A DNA stretch of 64,000 nt from Calditrichales bacterium (GCA_965267575.1 OZ254086.1:736001-800000); one strand, 5' to 3'. Counted from the stretch's first letter, positions 46,289 to 56,860 are shown. The notes: generated by a model from the sequence alone, not told the origin. Program-made: numbers and translations.

Positions 46289-49200
46289 AAAAAATCATCG
46301 CTTATTTTATACGCTATCCGGTCTGGACAAATGTGCTGCTGGCCAGCGTGATATTGTTTGGCGCGCTCAGCCTGTGGAACATGAAGTACTCCTTTTTTCC
46401 TGAAATCCCGCCATCGGTCATCACCATCCAGGTGCCTTACCCGGGTGCTTCACCGGAGGAAGTGGAAGAGGGTGTTATCCTGAAAATTGAGGAAAACCTG
46501 GACGGCCTTGAAGGCGTGGAACGCATCACTTCGGTGTCGCGCGAGAACTTTGGCGTGATCAACGTGGAAGGAACCAAAAGCGCCGATCTTGAAAAGCTGC
46601 TTACCGATGTCAAAAACGCCGTGGACCGCATCAATTCCTTCCCGCTGGACGCCGAGAAGCCGGTGATTTTCGAGCAGCGCTTTATGTCTCGGGCCGTGAC
46701 GGTAATTATTTACGGGCAAACCGATTTATACAATCTTAAATACATAGTGGAAAATCTGCGCGATGAGCTTCTGGCCGCGCCGGAAATTTCCCAGGTTATG
46801 ATTGACGGCCTGCCCGACCTGGAGATATCGATCGAGGTTTCCGAAGCCGACATGCGCCGCTACGGCCTGCGCTTTGATGAAGTGGCCCGCGCCGTCTCCA
46901 CCAGCAATGTTAACATTTCCGGCGGTAAATTTGAGACCGGCGAAGAAGAAATCCTGATCCGTTCCTGGGGCCGCAGCTATTATCCGGACGCCATTAAAAA
47001 TATCCCTGTCCGCAGCAACCCCGACGGTAGTATCATCGTGCTTTCCGATGTAGCGCGGGTTGTTGAAAAGTGGGCCGATGTGCCGGACAAAACCTATTTC
47101 AACGGCCGTACCGCGCTGGTGTTAAATGTAGATAAGACGGAAGAGGAAGACATCATCGCAGTGGCCGATAAGGCGCGCGAACTGGTGCAGCAATTTAACG
47201 ATGAAAACAGCCGCATAGAAGCCTTTATACTTGATGACCGCACCATTGCCCTGCGTCAACGTCTGCAGCTTTTAATGAACAACGGTTTGATCGGCCTGGG
47301 CCTGGTGCTGATCACGCTGGGCTTTTTTCTCAATTTGCGTCTCTCTTTCTGGGTGTCGCTGGGCATCCCCTTTTCCTTTGGCGGCATGTTCATTGTGGCC
47401 AACCTGGTGGGCATCACTATAAATGTAATTTCGCTGTTCGGCATGATTGTGGTGATCGGTATCCTGGTGGATGACGCCATTGTGGTTGGCGAGAATATTT
47501 TTGCCCATTATGAACGGGGCAAACCTGCGCTCAAGGCGGCCATCGACGGCACCATGGAGATGGTCGGTCCGGTTACCACTTCGGTCACCACCACTATCAT
47601 CGCCTTTACGCCGTTTTTTTTCCTGGATGGTTTTATTGGCAAGTTTATCTGGCATATGGCGCTGGTGGTCGTGGCCACGCTCTTCTTCTCGCTGATTGAA
47701 GCATTTCTGGTTTTGCCGGCGCACCTGGCGCACTCCAAAGGCCTGCACCCGCATGCCGAAGATCCGCCCATGCGCAAACGCATCGAAAGGGCGATCGGAT
47801 TTTTAACATATAAAATTTACGCGCCCCTGCTGCGTCTGGCACTGCGCCATAAATGGACCACCATGGCCGTGCCATTGTTCGGGGTCTTAATTACGATCGG
47901 ATTGATCCGCGGCGGCTTCATCGGCTTTACATTTTTCCCCTTTATCGATGGCGACCAGCTGCCGGTAAACCTAACCCTTGTAGCCGGTAAGCAGGAGGCC
48001 GAAACCGATTCCATCCTCGCCGGCATCGAGCGCCATGCCTGGGACCTGAACAACGAGCTGCGTGACGAACGGGCCGACAGCCTGGACGTGATCATCGGTA
48101 TCAAGCGCGATATCGGCAGCAACGATTTTGGCGAATCGGGCAGCCACATCGGGCGGCTAACCCTGCAACTGCTGGATGGCGAGATTCGCAACATGGACAG
48201 CTACATTATCGCCAACCGGCTGCGCGAAAAAGTAGGAGCGGTGCCCAAGGCGCGGCAAATTTCCTACGGCCGCACCAGCTTCTTTGGCAAGCCGGTAAGC
48301 GTAAGTTTGCTGGGTAACGATCTGGAAAACCTGAACCGCGCCCGCGACCTGATGGTACAGGAACTGGAGAGCTTCAGTACATTGCGCGACGTAACCGACT
48401 CCAACCAGGAAGGGCGCCGCGAACTGGACATCACGCTGAAGCCACGCGCTTATGCCCTCGGGCTCTCTTTACGGGATGTGGCCGGGCAGGTGCGTCAGGG
48501 CTTCTTTGGCCAAGAGATCCAGCGTATTCAGCGCGGCGAGGACGAAATACGCGTCTGGGTGCGCTACCGCGAGGACAACCGTGAGGCGCTGGGCTTCCTG
48601 GATCAGATGCGTATCCGCACGCCCGATGGGGCCGAGTACCCGTTCAGCGAATTGGCCACCTACTCAATCGCCCGTGGCATTACGGCAATAAACCACCTGG
48701 ACCGCAAACGTGAAATTAAGGTAGAAGCCAGCCTGGCCAGCGAGGAGCTGGATTTGCCGCCGATCCTGGAAGAAGTGGAAACCCAGGTGGTGCCTAAAGT
48801 ACTGGCGCAGGTTCCGGGTGTGCTGGCCTCGTTCGAGGGACAATCGCGTGACCAGCAAAAAACGGCCAACAGTATGCAGCAGGCTTTTCCGCTGGCGCTG
48901 CTGCTCATGTTCATACTGGTGATTTTGATATTCCGCTCATACGCACAGGCGGTGGTAATATTCGGCCTGATACCACTGGGTATCGTCGGCGCTTTCTGGG
49001 GACACGGCATCCAGGGCATCCAGGTCAATACGCTTTCCATTTACGGCATCATCGCCCTGTCCGGCATCATCATCAACGACAGCATCGTGCTCACCGACCA
49101 GTTCAACCGCTTTTTGCGTGAAGGCATGAATGTATTTGAGGCTGTGTATAACGCCGGTGTAGCCCGTTTGCGACCGATCCTTTTAACGACCATCACGACC

Positions 49201-49449
49201 TCTGTCGGTTTGGCGCCGCTTATACTTGAGAAAAGCCGCCAGGCCCAGTTCCTGATCCCGATGGCTGTCTCCGTGGCGTATGGCCTGATTTTCGGCACGA
49301 TCATTCTGCTGTTTGTGCTGCCCGGAGCGCTGCTCATCCTCAACCGCATCCGCCTGGGTTGGGCGCGTCTGCGCGGGGACAAGGAGTCGGATGCCGAAAT
49401 GGTTGAGCCGGCACGCAAGGAGCTTATCGAAGCAAGGGTGGAAGCCTGA
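46285..49449 (+). CDS. RND efflux permease (AcrB family)
   Basis: 1054 aa; PGASPEEVEE, GILVDDAIVVGEN, RLRPILLTT.TT. Confidence 0.93.
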   Translation: MKKIIAYFIRYPVWTNVLLASVILFGALSLWNMKYSFFPEIPPSVITIQVPYPGASPEEVEEGVILKIEENLDGLEGVERITSVSRENFGVINVEGTKSADLEKLLTDVKNAVDRINSFPLDAEKPVIFEQRFMSRAVTVIIYGQTDLYNLKYIVENLRDELLAAPEISQVMIDGLPDLEISIEVSEADMRRYGLRFDEVARAVSTSNVNISGGKFETGEEEILIRSWGRSYYPDAIKNIPVRSNPDGSIIVLSDVARVVEKWADVPDKTYFNGRTALVLNVDKTEEEDIIAVADKARELVQQFNDENSRIEAFILDDRTIALRQRLQLLMNNGLIGLGLVLITLGFFLNLRLSFWVSLGIPFSFGGMFIVANLVGITINVISLFGMIVVIGILVDDAIVVGENIFAHYERGKPALKAAIDGTMEMVGPVTTSVTTTIIAFTPFFFLDGFIGKFIWHMALVVVATLFFSLIEAFLVLPAHLAHSKGLHPHAEDPPMRKRIERAIGFLTYKIYAPLLRLALRHKWTTMAVPLFGVLITIGLIRGGFIGFTFFPFIDGDQLPVNLTLVAGKQEAETDSILAGIERHAWDLNNELRDERADSLDVIIGIKRDIGSNDFGESGSHIGRLTLQLLDGEIRNMDSYIIANRLREKVGAVPKARQISYGRTSFFGKPVSVSLLGNDLENLNRARDLMVQELESFSTLRDVTDSNQEGRRELDITLKPRAYALGLSLRDVAGQVRQGFFGQEIQRIQRGEDEIRVWVRYREDNREALGFLDQMRIRTPDGAEYPFSELATYSIARGITAINHLDRKREIKVEASLASEELDLPPILEEVETQVVPKVLAQVPGVLASFEGQSRDQQKTANSMQQAFPLALLLMFILVILIFRSYAQAVVIFGLIPLGIVGAFWGHGIQGIQVNTLSIYGIIALSGIIINDSIVLTDQFNRFLREGMNVFEAVYNAGVARLRPILLTTITTSVGLAPLILEKSRQAQFLIPMAVSVAYGLIFGTIILLFVLPGALLILNRIRLGWARLRGDKESDAEMVEPARKELIEARVEA

Positions 49450-50771
49450 TGAGAAACGTAACTTTTTATACATTAAAAATAGTTTTTTTGGCGATTTCCT
49501 TATTGCCGGCTCAGCAACCCATGACCGCGGAGGAAGCGATTCGGCTGGGGCTGGAAAATAACTATGCCATTCGTATTGCCCGCAACAACGCAGAGATCGC
49601 CGGCAACAACCGCGGACTGGGCACGGCGGGTTTTCTGCCGCGGCTCGATGCCGGCGGCGGCGCCAGCTATAGCGAAAGCAAGCAGGAAACCAATTCCCCG
49701 TTCAGCTTTGGCGACAGTGAAAGCGAGCAATATAACGGCCGTATTGAGCTGACCTGGACGCTATTTGACGGGTTTTCCATGTTTGCATCCAAGGGACGCT
49801 TTGACGCTTTGGCCACTGCCGGGGAAGCGTCGGCCAGGCTGGCCATCGAGAACAGCGTGGTATCTATTCTGAGCGCCTATTTTAACGTGGTACAACAACA
49901 GCAGCTATACGATGTCGCCCGGGAAAACCTGGCCATTTCCGAAGACCGGCTCTCCAAAGAAGAAGTGCGCCGCGATATCGGCGGAGCCTCTTCCACGGAT
50001 CTGCTCCGAGCGCAGGTGGCCTTTAATGCCGACCAGTCGACGTTGCTTCAGCAGGAGCTGGCTTTGCAGACAGCCCGCCAGAGCCTTAACACCCTGCTGG
50101 CCCGCGATCCCGCCACGGAATTTGAAATCGTCACTGAAATACAGGTGGCGCCGCTGGGACTTTCCGCCGCTGAATTAAACGATCTGGCCGGTAAACGTAA
50201 CGCCGCGTTGCAAGCCGCCCGGGCAAGCCTGCAAGCCGCCGATGACAATATTACGATCAACAGCGCCAATTTTTACCCGCGCCTGACTTTTAACGGCAGC
50301 TACAGCTACACAGATCGTTCTACGCCGCTTAACAGTGAGAACCCGCAATTCCCGTCAACCATCACCTCCAAAACACAGGATACATTTTTCGGGCTTTCCC
50401 TCTCCTGGAACCTGTTTAACGGCATGCGCGACAAGCTGGCGCGCCAAAACGCGGTATTGACCTACCGCAACAGCCTGCTTGAAAAGGAAAACAGCGAACT
50501 GCAGCTAAAGGCCAATCTGGCCCTGGCTATCACCACATTTGAAAAACGCATGGAACTTTTGCAGCTTGAACAGCAGAATCTACAAGCGGCACAGCAAAAT
50601 TTTGCGCTGCAAAAGGAGCGCTACGCTGTGGGCAGTGTAAGCTCACTTGAATTCCGCGATGCGCAGATTAACCTGAACCGGGCGCAAATAGCCCTGATTG
50701 CCGCACGTTACCAGGCTCGTGTGGCCCGTCTTAATGTGGAACAATTAACCGGTCAAATCGCCATAAAATAG
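49449..50771 (+). CDS. TolC-family outer-membrane efflux protein
   Basis: Signal peptide, LENN, FLPRL/FYPRL repeats, W.LF.G, ERY.VG; third gene of the RND operon. Confidence 0.9.
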   Translation: MRNVTFYTLKIVFLAISLLPAQQPMTAEEAIRLGLENNYAIRIARNNAEIAGNNRGLGTAGFLPRLDAGGGASYSESKQETNSPFSFGDSESEQYNGRIELTWTLFDGFSMFASKGRFDALATAGEASARLAIENSVVSILSAYFNVVQQQQLYDVARENLAISEDRLSKEEVRRDIGGASSTDLLRAQVAFNADQSTLLQQELALQTARQSLNTLLARDPATEFEIVTEIQVAPLGLSAAELNDLAGKRNAALQAARASLQAADDNITINSANFYPRLTFNGSYSYTDRSTPLNSENPQFPSTITSKTQDTFFGLSLSWNLFNGMRDKLARQNAVLTYRNSLLEKENSELQLKANLALAITTFEKRMELLQLEQQNLQAAQQNFALQKERYAVGSVSSLEFRDAQINLNRAQIALIAARYQARVARLNVEQLTGQIAIK

Positions 50772-50772
50772 T

Positions 50773-51294
50773 ATGGAAAGTATCATAAAATTTAGCCGCG
50801 GCGTTATCCGGCCCTTGCGGCAGGAAGATGCTGAAAGCATAGCCCGGCATGCCAACAATATCCAGATTGCCAACCAACTGCGGGACGCATTTCCGCACCC
50901 TTACAGCCGTGAAGACGCCGAAGCGTTTATTGCCATCTGCAATGGCCAGATACCCGCGCAAAATTTTGCCATCGTGGTGGATGGCGAAGCGGCAGGGGTT
51001 ATTGGCGTAAAGCTGAATAATGATATCGAACGTTTCTCCGCGGAGATCGGCTACTGGCTTGGAGCGGCGTACTGGGGCCGCGGCATCAGCACGGAGGTTT
51101 TAAAACGATTCAGTAGTTTTGCCATGGAGCATTTCAGTCTCAATCGTTTGTACGCCCTGCCTTTCAGCGATAATATGCCTTCCGTACGCGTTCTGGAAAA
51201 AGCGGGCTACGTACGTGAAGGTGTTCTTGCCAGGAGCGCTTACAAAAACGGCACATTTAAAGACCAGTGCCTCTACGCCCTTGTACAGCAATAA
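50773..51294 (+). CDS. GNAT N-acetyltransferase (RimJ/RimL-like)
   Basis: FPHPY, AEIGYWLG..YWGRG, N.PS.RVLEKAG..REG. Confidence 0.88.
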   Translation: MESIIKFSRGVIRPLRQEDAESIARHANNIQIANQLRDAFPHPYSREDAEAFIAICNGQIPAQNFAIVVDGEAAGVIGVKLNNDIERFSAEIGYWLGAAYWGRGISTEVLKRFSSFAMEHFSLNRLYALPFSDNMPSVRVLEKAGYVREGVLARSAYKNGTFKDQCLYALVQQ

Positions 51295-52023
51295 ATGACT
51301 TCAAAACCCCGGGACTCCCGAACCCCACGACCATTAGCGGGTGTTGACGGCTGCCCCGACGGCTGGATTGCAGTCTACGACGACGGCAGTACCATCAGCG
51401 GCACTGTAAGGCACTCATTTAACGCACTCATCGATTTCCTGCCCGATGACACCCTTATTGCCATTGACATCCCCATCGGCCTGCCTGAAAAAGGTCCTCG
51501 CGAATGTGACCGTGCAGCGCGTCGTTTTTTGGGCAGCCTGCGCAATGCCAGCGTTTTTTCCGCCCCTATCCGGCCAGTGCTGCACGCTAAAAACTATAAA
51601 GAGGCCCTGGCTCTCCACAGGCAAGCAGATGGTCGCGGCATGTCAAAACAGGCTTACCACATCATGCCTAAAATCCGTGAAGTTGATAACGCCCTGCGGA
51701 AAAATCCGTTGTTGAAAAAGCAGGTTTTTGAAGTACATCCGGAAATCGGCTTTGCTCTGTGGAACGAGGGACGGCCCATGCTTCACAACAAAAAAACCAA
51801 AGCCGGGAAGGCTGCACGGCAGTTTTTTATAGACCGCCTTTGGCCCACGGCCCGTAAAGAGATCACCGCGCAATTAAAAGGTTTCCGCTATGGCGAAGAT
51901 GATCTGCACGATGCCTTTGCCTGCCTGTGGAGCGCCCGGCGCATTGCCGCGGGAAACGCATTGTGCCTGCCTGAAAAAATACCCTGCGATAACCACGGTT
52001 TGCCCATGGCCATAAGAGCATAA
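51295..52023 (+). CDS. DUF429 domain protein (predicted nuclease fold)
   Basis: GVDGC..GW, IDIPIGL, RECDR.AR, EVHPE, DDL.DA. Confidence 0.8.
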   Translation: MTSKPRDSRTPRPLAGVDGCPDGWIAVYDDGSTISGTVRHSFNALIDFLPDDTLIAIDIPIGLPEKGPRECDRAARRFLGSLRNASVFSAPIRPVLHAKNYKEALALHRQADGRGMSKQAYHIMPKIREVDNALRKNPLLKKQVFEVHPEIGFALWNEGRPMLHNKKTKAGKAARQFFIDRLWPTARKEITAQLKGFRYGEDDLHDAFACLWSARRIAAGNALCLPEKIPCDNHGLPMAIRA

Positions 52024-52106
52024 GCTGTTTTCGATTACACGATAAATTCTGTATTATCTACAGTGGTTTTTAATATTCACCAAAACCGGGCCCGGCATTC
52101 TTTTTC

Positions 52107-53165
52107 ATGATAACAACTATTTTGGGACTGCTGACTTTATTTCTTCTTTTAGTTACGCTGTTGCCGCTATCCCGAGCGACATGGTGGTGGGTGCGCATCT
52201 GGGATTTTCCGAGGCTGCAGCTATCCCTGTTGCTTTTTGCCGTACTTATCGCGGGCTTATTATTACTTGATCTCTCCGAGACCGTAAGTCTGCTCATTCT
52301 CATCACGTCGGCGATTTGTTTTATCTATCAGCTCTGGTGGATCGTGCCTTACACACAACTCTTTCCGGCGGAAGTAAAAAAAGATGCCGGTGTCAATGCT
52401 GGTCCGTCCATAAGCATAATGGCGGCCAACGTGCTCAGGGAAAACCGCAATGTGTCCGCCCTGATTGATATTACATTAAGAAATGAGCCCGATATTCTGG
52501 TTACAATGGAATCAGACCAAAGGTGGGAAGAGCAACTGCAAATGCTGGAAAAAGAGTACCCCTACACAGTAAAGTGCCCGTTGGACAACCGCTATGGCAT
52601 GCACGTTTATTCGAGGCTCAAGCTGAATAACAGCACAATTAACTTTCTGGTGGAGCCCGATATACCTTCCGTACATACCGAAGTGACGCTTCAATTGGGC
52701 GAGGTGATTCGCATGCATTTTCTGCACCCTACGCCACCGAGCCCCACTGAGAAGGAAGAATCCGATGAACGCGACGCGGAATTGCTGTTGGTGGGTAAAA
52801 GTATCGCCAATACGGATGAACCCGTTATTGTAACCGGTGACCTGAATGATGTAGCATGGTCCGAAACGACGCGTCTATTCCGTAAAATTAGCGGCCTGCT
52901 CGATCCGCGCGTGGGTCGCGGCATGTACAACACTTTTCACGCCGGTTACTGGTTTTTACGCTGGCCGCTGGATCACCTTTTTCACAGCAGCCACTTCAAA
53001 CTTCGGCGCATTGAGCGTCTGCCGGCCTTTGGCTCAGACCATTTCCCGATCCTTGTGGAGCTTCTGTACTGTGGCAAAGCTTTACGCGATCAAAACGGTC
53101 TGGAAGCTGAAAAAGAAGACAAACAGCTGGCTGATAAAAAGATAAAGGGATACAAAACCAAATAG
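52107..53165 (+). CDS. Membrane-anchored endonuclease/exonuclease/phosphatase-family protein
   Basis: N-terminal TMs, NVL, YGM, HP.PP, GDLNDVAWS, DPR.GRG, PLDH, GSDHFP. Confidence 0.85.
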   Translation: MITTILGLLTLFLLLVTLLPLSRATWWWVRIWDFPRLQLSLLLFAVLIAGLLLLDLSETVSLLILITSAICFIYQLWWIVPYTQLFPAEVKKDAGVNAGPSISIMAANVLRENRNVSALIDITLRNEPDILVTMESDQRWEEQLQMLEKEYPYTVKCPLDNRYGMHVYSRLKLNNSTINFLVEPDIPSVHTEVTLQLGEVIRMHFLHPTPPSPTEKEESDERDAELLLVGKSIANTDEPVIVTGDLNDVAWSETTRLFRKISGLLDPRVGRGMYNTFHAGYWFLRWPLDHLFHSSHFKLRRIERLPAFGSDHFPILVELLYCGKALRDQNGLEAEKEDKQLADKKIKGYKTK

Positions 53166-53172
53166 AGCTAAC

Positions 53173-53200
53173 AAAAAAGGGCGCCATAAAGACGCCCTTT
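53173..53200. terminator. Intrinsic terminator (U6 tract on - strand; may also serve the EEP gene)
   Basis: AAAAAAGGGCG-CCATAAAGA-CGCCCTTT. Confidence 0.8.
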
Positions 53201-53272
53201 CCTTCTTGCCTGCCTGCTTCCCTGCACCAAGCTTTTCATCCGTGATAAATCGCTGCTTCCCTGCCGCGTTTA
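53173..53272 (-). ncRNA. Candidate CsrB/RsmY-like CsrA-sequestering small RNA
   Basis: On the - strand three hairpins with AGGGAA/ACGGAU/AGGGAA loops, a fourth AAGGA, then terminator AAAGGGCG...CGCCCUUUUUU; 5' end not defined. Confidence 0.55.
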
Positions 53273-53402
53273 TTTTTCATACACCTTGATTTTCGATTGT
53301 GGCAGTGGCAACTTGACGCAATTATTGATTAGCTCGGAAATCTGACCAACGTTTTCTCGAATATGAAACCAACTGCCTGTTCAACACGCCTACGGAGCCG
53401 TC

Positions 53403-54650
53403 ATGAAACGTACCATTCTTCTGTCCGCCCTATTGATCTTAATTTCAACATGTACGCCGCCTAAGCAGTTGGAGTCGCAAAACATGATCGAGCAACTGCT
53501 GCAATCGCACCCGCAATGGTTCAACAAGGTTCTGGAAAACAAGGAGCTTTACGAGCCTCAAATTATTTACACGCAAATCGATCGTGACGAAAACAACCGG
53601 CCGCATTTTACGACATACACTTATAATGTAGACGCACAACGCTATTTCTATCCGGCCAGTACTGTGAAGTTTCCGGCCGCCCTGCTGGCGCTGGAGAAAT
53701 TGAACGGACTGAAAATCGATGGTCTTAATCGTGAAACCCCGCTGATTATAGACAGCAGCGCCAGCCAAAGCGGCGTTAATACTGACGAAAGTGCGCCGGA
53801 CAGCCTGCCGACCATAGGGCACTATATCCGCAAGATTTTTCTCGTAAGCGATAATGACGCTTTCAACCGTCTTTATGAGTTCCTTGGGCAAAAAACAATC
53901 AACAAAAATTTGTGGGAAAAAGGTTATAAAAAGTTGCGCATTAACCATCGTCTTTCCATCGCGATGAGCGCCGAAGAAAATCGCCACACCAACGCCTTCA
54001 CTTTTTTTGACGGCGATATGGCAATTTACCGGCAGGAAGCGCAATACAACAAAGAGACCTTTCCGCTGGACCTGCCCAACCTGCAGCGCGGCAAGGGGTA
54101 CTGGAACGGCGAGCGCGTGGTTGAGGAACCATTCGACTTTTCCGGTAAGAATTACTTTGCGCTGCAAGAGCAGCAAGCTATGCTGCGCGCCATTATTTTC
54201 CCCGATGCCGTGCCGGAGGGACAACGCTTTAATTTAACACCAGAAGACTACCGCTTTCTTTATAAAACCATGAGCATGCTGCCGCGTGAGTCGCAGTATC
54301 CGTCTTATGACCCTGAAAAATACTGGGACAGCTATGTGAAGTTTGTTATGTTTGGGGACAATAAGGAGCGGATGTCACATCAAATCCGCGTCTTCAACAA
54401 GGTGGGGGACGCCTACGGTTTTCTGACCGATAACGCATATGTGGCCGATTTTGAGAACAATGTGGAGTTTTTTCTCAGCGTAACCATCCACGTAAACGAA
54501 AACGGGATTTACAACGACAATAATTACGCTTACGACGAGGTGGGTTTTCCCTTTATTGCCAACCTTGGCCGGGTGATCCACGATTATGAGTTAGAACGCC
54601 AACGGCCTTATAAAGCGGATTTGTCGCGATTGAAACAAGCTATCGAGTAA
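53403..54650 (+). CDS. Serine hydrolase, class A beta-lactamase/PBP-like lipoprotein
   Basis: Lipobox-like ISTC; PASTVK (SxxK), SDN, NKVG motifs. Confidence 0.75.
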   Translation: MKRTILLSALLILISTCTPPKQLESQNMIEQLLQSHPQWFNKVLENKELYEPQIIYTQIDRDENNRPHFTTYTYNVDAQRYFYPASTVKFPAALLALEKLNGLKIDGLNRETPLIIDSSASQSGVNTDESAPDSLPTIGHYIRKIFLVSDNDAFNRLYEFLGQKTINKNLWEKGYKKLRINHRLSIAMSAEENRHTNAFTFFDGDMAIYRQEAQYNKETFPLDLPNLQRGKGYWNGERVVEEPFDFSGKNYFALQEQQAMLRAIIFPDAVPEGQRFNLTPEDYRFLYKTMSMLPRESQYPSYDPEKYWDSYVKFVMFGDNKERMSHQIRVFNKVGDAYGFLTDNAYVADFENNVEFFLSVTIHVNENGIYNDNNYAYDEVGFPFIANLGRVIHDYELERQRPYKADLSRLKQAIE

Positions 54651-54656
54651 ACACGG

Positions 54657-55151
54657 TTATTTATATTTTTTGGGCCATTCATAGCAGGCAAAACTGCCCA
54701 GGTCTCTGTCTACAATGCGCCAGTCTTCAACCGGGAAGGTGACGCCGAATAACGCGCAGGTGGGCATATTGGCAAGGCCGTAATCGCAAAAATAATTTAC
54801 GGCTTCGGTAAACGTGGGGTTATGCCCAACCAGCATAACCGTGTCATAGCGGCCGTTGAGATCCTGCAGAATAGCCAGTATGTTATTCATACCCTGATCG
54901 TAGATGCGCATATCGGTTTGAATGCTGCTTTCGGCAAGGCCCATTTCTTTAGCGACTGTTTTGGCGGTTGTAAGCGCCCTTTTCGCCGGACTGCTGATAA
55001 TGATGTCCGGCTTTATATTTTTTTGATGGAAGATTTGGCCCATCATTGGCGCGTCGGTTTTTCCCCGCTTGTTGAGCGAACGGTCAAAGTCACTGATTCC
55101 GTGTTCATCCCAACTGGATTTGGCATGGCGCAGCAGGTAAAGCGTTTTCAT
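54657..55151 (-). CDS. sixA: Phosphohistidine phosphatase SixA-like
   Basis: LLRHAKSSW, D.DR.L..RG, SSPA.RA..TA, VGHNP. Confidence 0.88.
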   Translation of the reverse strand: MKTLYLLRHAKSSWDEHGISDFDRSLNKRGKTDAPMMGQIFHQKNIKPDIIISSPAKRALTTAKTVAKEMGLAESSIQTDMRIYDQGMNNILAILQDLNGRYDTVMLVGHNPTFTEAVNYFCDYGLANMPTCALFGVTFPVEDWRIVDRDLGSFACYEWPKKYK

Positions 55152-55241
55152 ATTCAGGCATCCTTATAAAATGTTACGGCTGATGAAATTTACATCAGCG
55201 GTTGAACGTTCTCTGCTAAAAATAAAAACAAACATGAAAAG

Positions 55242-55769
55242 ATGCATATAACGATTATAAGCAGCAGCCTGAATAAAAAAAGCCGTGGCCGTGTAATGGC
55301 AGATTTTGCCGGAAACGAGCTTAGTAAAAAAGGCATAGATTTTACGCTGATCGATCTTCGGGAGTACGACATCCCGTTTTGTGACGGAGCCGACTCTTAC
55401 AATCATCCTCACGTAAAAGAAGTCAAGAAAATTCTGAAGGACAGCCAGGCGGTCATTATCGCTACACCGATCTACAACTACGCCGCCAATGCAGCCATTA
55501 AAAACCTGATCGAGCTTACGGGAAGCGCCTGGAAAGACAAGCCCGTCGGTTTTCTGTGCAAAGCCGGTGGCCAGCGCAGTTATATGTCGGTAATGGGCCT
55601 GGCCAACAGCCTGATGTTCGATTTTCGCTGTATCATTGTGCCGCGCTTTGTCTATGCCTTAAGCAGTGACTTTCACAAAAACGAAACTATTACGGACAAT
55701 GAAATTGCGCGGCGTATCAGCGAGCTGGTCAACAAAACGGTCAGGCTGGCGGAGGCACTCGCCGGGTAA
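55242..55769 (+). CDS. NADPH-dependent FMN reductase
   Basis: ISSS...S, ATPIYN, KN.IE, W.DKPVG, AGG. Confidence 0.85.
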   Translation: MHITIISSSLNKKSRGRVMADFAGNELSKKGIDFTLIDLREYDIPFCDGADSYNHPHVKEVKKILKDSQAVIIATPIYNYAANAAIKNLIELTGSAWKDKPVGFLCKAGGQRSYMSVMGLANSLMFDFRCIIVPRFVYALSSDFHKNETITDNEIARRISELVNKTVRLAEALAG

Positions 55770-55771
55770 AT

Positions 55772-56047
55772 TTAGAGGTTTTCCACGTCACCGGCTATCT
55801 TAAAGTCGGCGTCGGTAAGTCCGCCCGCGTCATGCGAACTAAAACTAAGTTTCACCTGGTTATAAACATTAAACAATTCCGGATGGTGGTTATGCTTTTC
55901 CGCCAAAAGCGCCACGCGTCCGATAAATCCAAAGGCCTCGTTGAAGTCGGCAAATTTCCATTCTTTGGTAATCGCGTCACCGTCTCGGCTCCAGCCGTTC
56001 AGTTTTTCCAGTTTTTGCTTGATCGCATCATCGGAAAGTTTTGTCAT
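55772..56047 (-). CDS. phhB: Pterin-4-alpha-carbinolamine dehydratase
   Basis: [26 protein letters not shown]. Confidence 0.92.
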   Translation of the reverse strand: MTKLSDDAIKQKLEKLNGWSRDGDAITKEWKFADFNEAFGFIGRVALLAEKHNHHPELFNVYNQVKLSFSSHDAGGLTDADFKIAGDVENL

Positions 56048-56090
56048 GGTTCTCCTCCTTTGTTTGAGTCACAAAAAGTAAGGTAGGCAA

Positions 56091-56456
56091 ATGAAAAAGT
56101 ATGTCAAGCAGGCAACACCTTTTGTGGTCCCGACCGATGATAATAAAGTCATCCGAGAGCATTTTGGCATGGCTTCGACGGGCGACGCATCAATAAGCGT
56201 GGCCCACATGATCGCTCCGCCCGGATGGAGTGAACCGCACCAGCAGCCGGAGTTTGATGAAATCACATTTATGATCCGTGGCCGCAAAAGAATTGAAATA
56301 GACGGTGAGATTGTGGAAGTAAGCAGTGGAGAATCAATCTTGATAAAAAAGGGAGCACGCATCCGCTACAGCAATCCATTTGAAGAGGAGGCCGAGTATA
56401 TTGCCATTTGCCAACCGGCATTTGACCCGAAAAAAGTCCACCGGGAAAACAGCTAA
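56091..56456 (+). CDS. Cupin-domain protein (EutQ-like)
   Basis: I.EHFG..S, SVAHM.APPGWSEP.Q.PEFDE, RYSNP, PAF. Confidence 0.8.
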   Translation: MKKYVKQATPFVVPTDDNKVIREHFGMASTGDASISVAHMIAPPGWSEPHQQPEFDEITFMIRGRKRIEIDGEIVEVSSGESILIKKGARIRYSNPFEEEAEYIAICQPAFDPKKVHRENS

Positions 56457-56860
56457 TCCTGTTGTAGTTTTTGGGGCAGTTTGAGCCCCATTTTCTTTAT
56501 CGCGCCGAAAAACTGAATGCGGTTGATCGGTTTGAGCATATAGGCGTCACAATTTAACTTCTTCGCTTCAACAACATACTGGGCGTCACTAACGCCTGTC
56601 AGCATCATAATAGGCGTGTGCCGGTATTCATGCTTTTGCTCCAGCATACGGATATGCTTAAGCGCACTTATACCGTCGATATTGGGCATGAGAATATCAA
56701 GGATTATCAGATCAAAAGGCTGGCTTTTTTGCATGGCCTTCGTAAAGGCTTCAATAGCGGTGCGTCCCGAATCGGCATAAACGAAGTCTGCTGTGTCCTT
56801 AAAAAAATTCTTTAATATCTTCTCCGTCATTCGGACATCATCCGCAACCAATATGCGCAT
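56453..56860 (-). CDS. Single-domain response regulator (CheY-like)
   Basis: ILVADD, LDILMPNIDG (phospho-Asp), MLT, LKP. Confidence 0.88.
   Translation of the reverse strand: MRILVADDVRMTEKILKNFFKDTADFVYADSGRTAIEAFTKAMQKSQPFDLIILDILMPNIDGISALKHIRMLEQKHEYRHTPIMMLTGVSDAQYVVEAKKLNCDAYMLKPINRIQFFGAIKKMGLKLPQKLQQD

Noticed and set aside
42742-52023. Novel system in the PIG-L/dioxygenase/esterase/RND/GNAT/DUF429 run
   Set aside because: Dioxygenase-esterase pairs and MFP-RND-TolC operons are common; nothing in the sequence links the genes beyond co-orientation
53403-54650. Antibiotic-resistance beta-lactamase call
   Set aside because: SxxK/SDN/KxG show only the fold; the length and inserts fit uncharacterised serine hydrolases, and there is no mobile context
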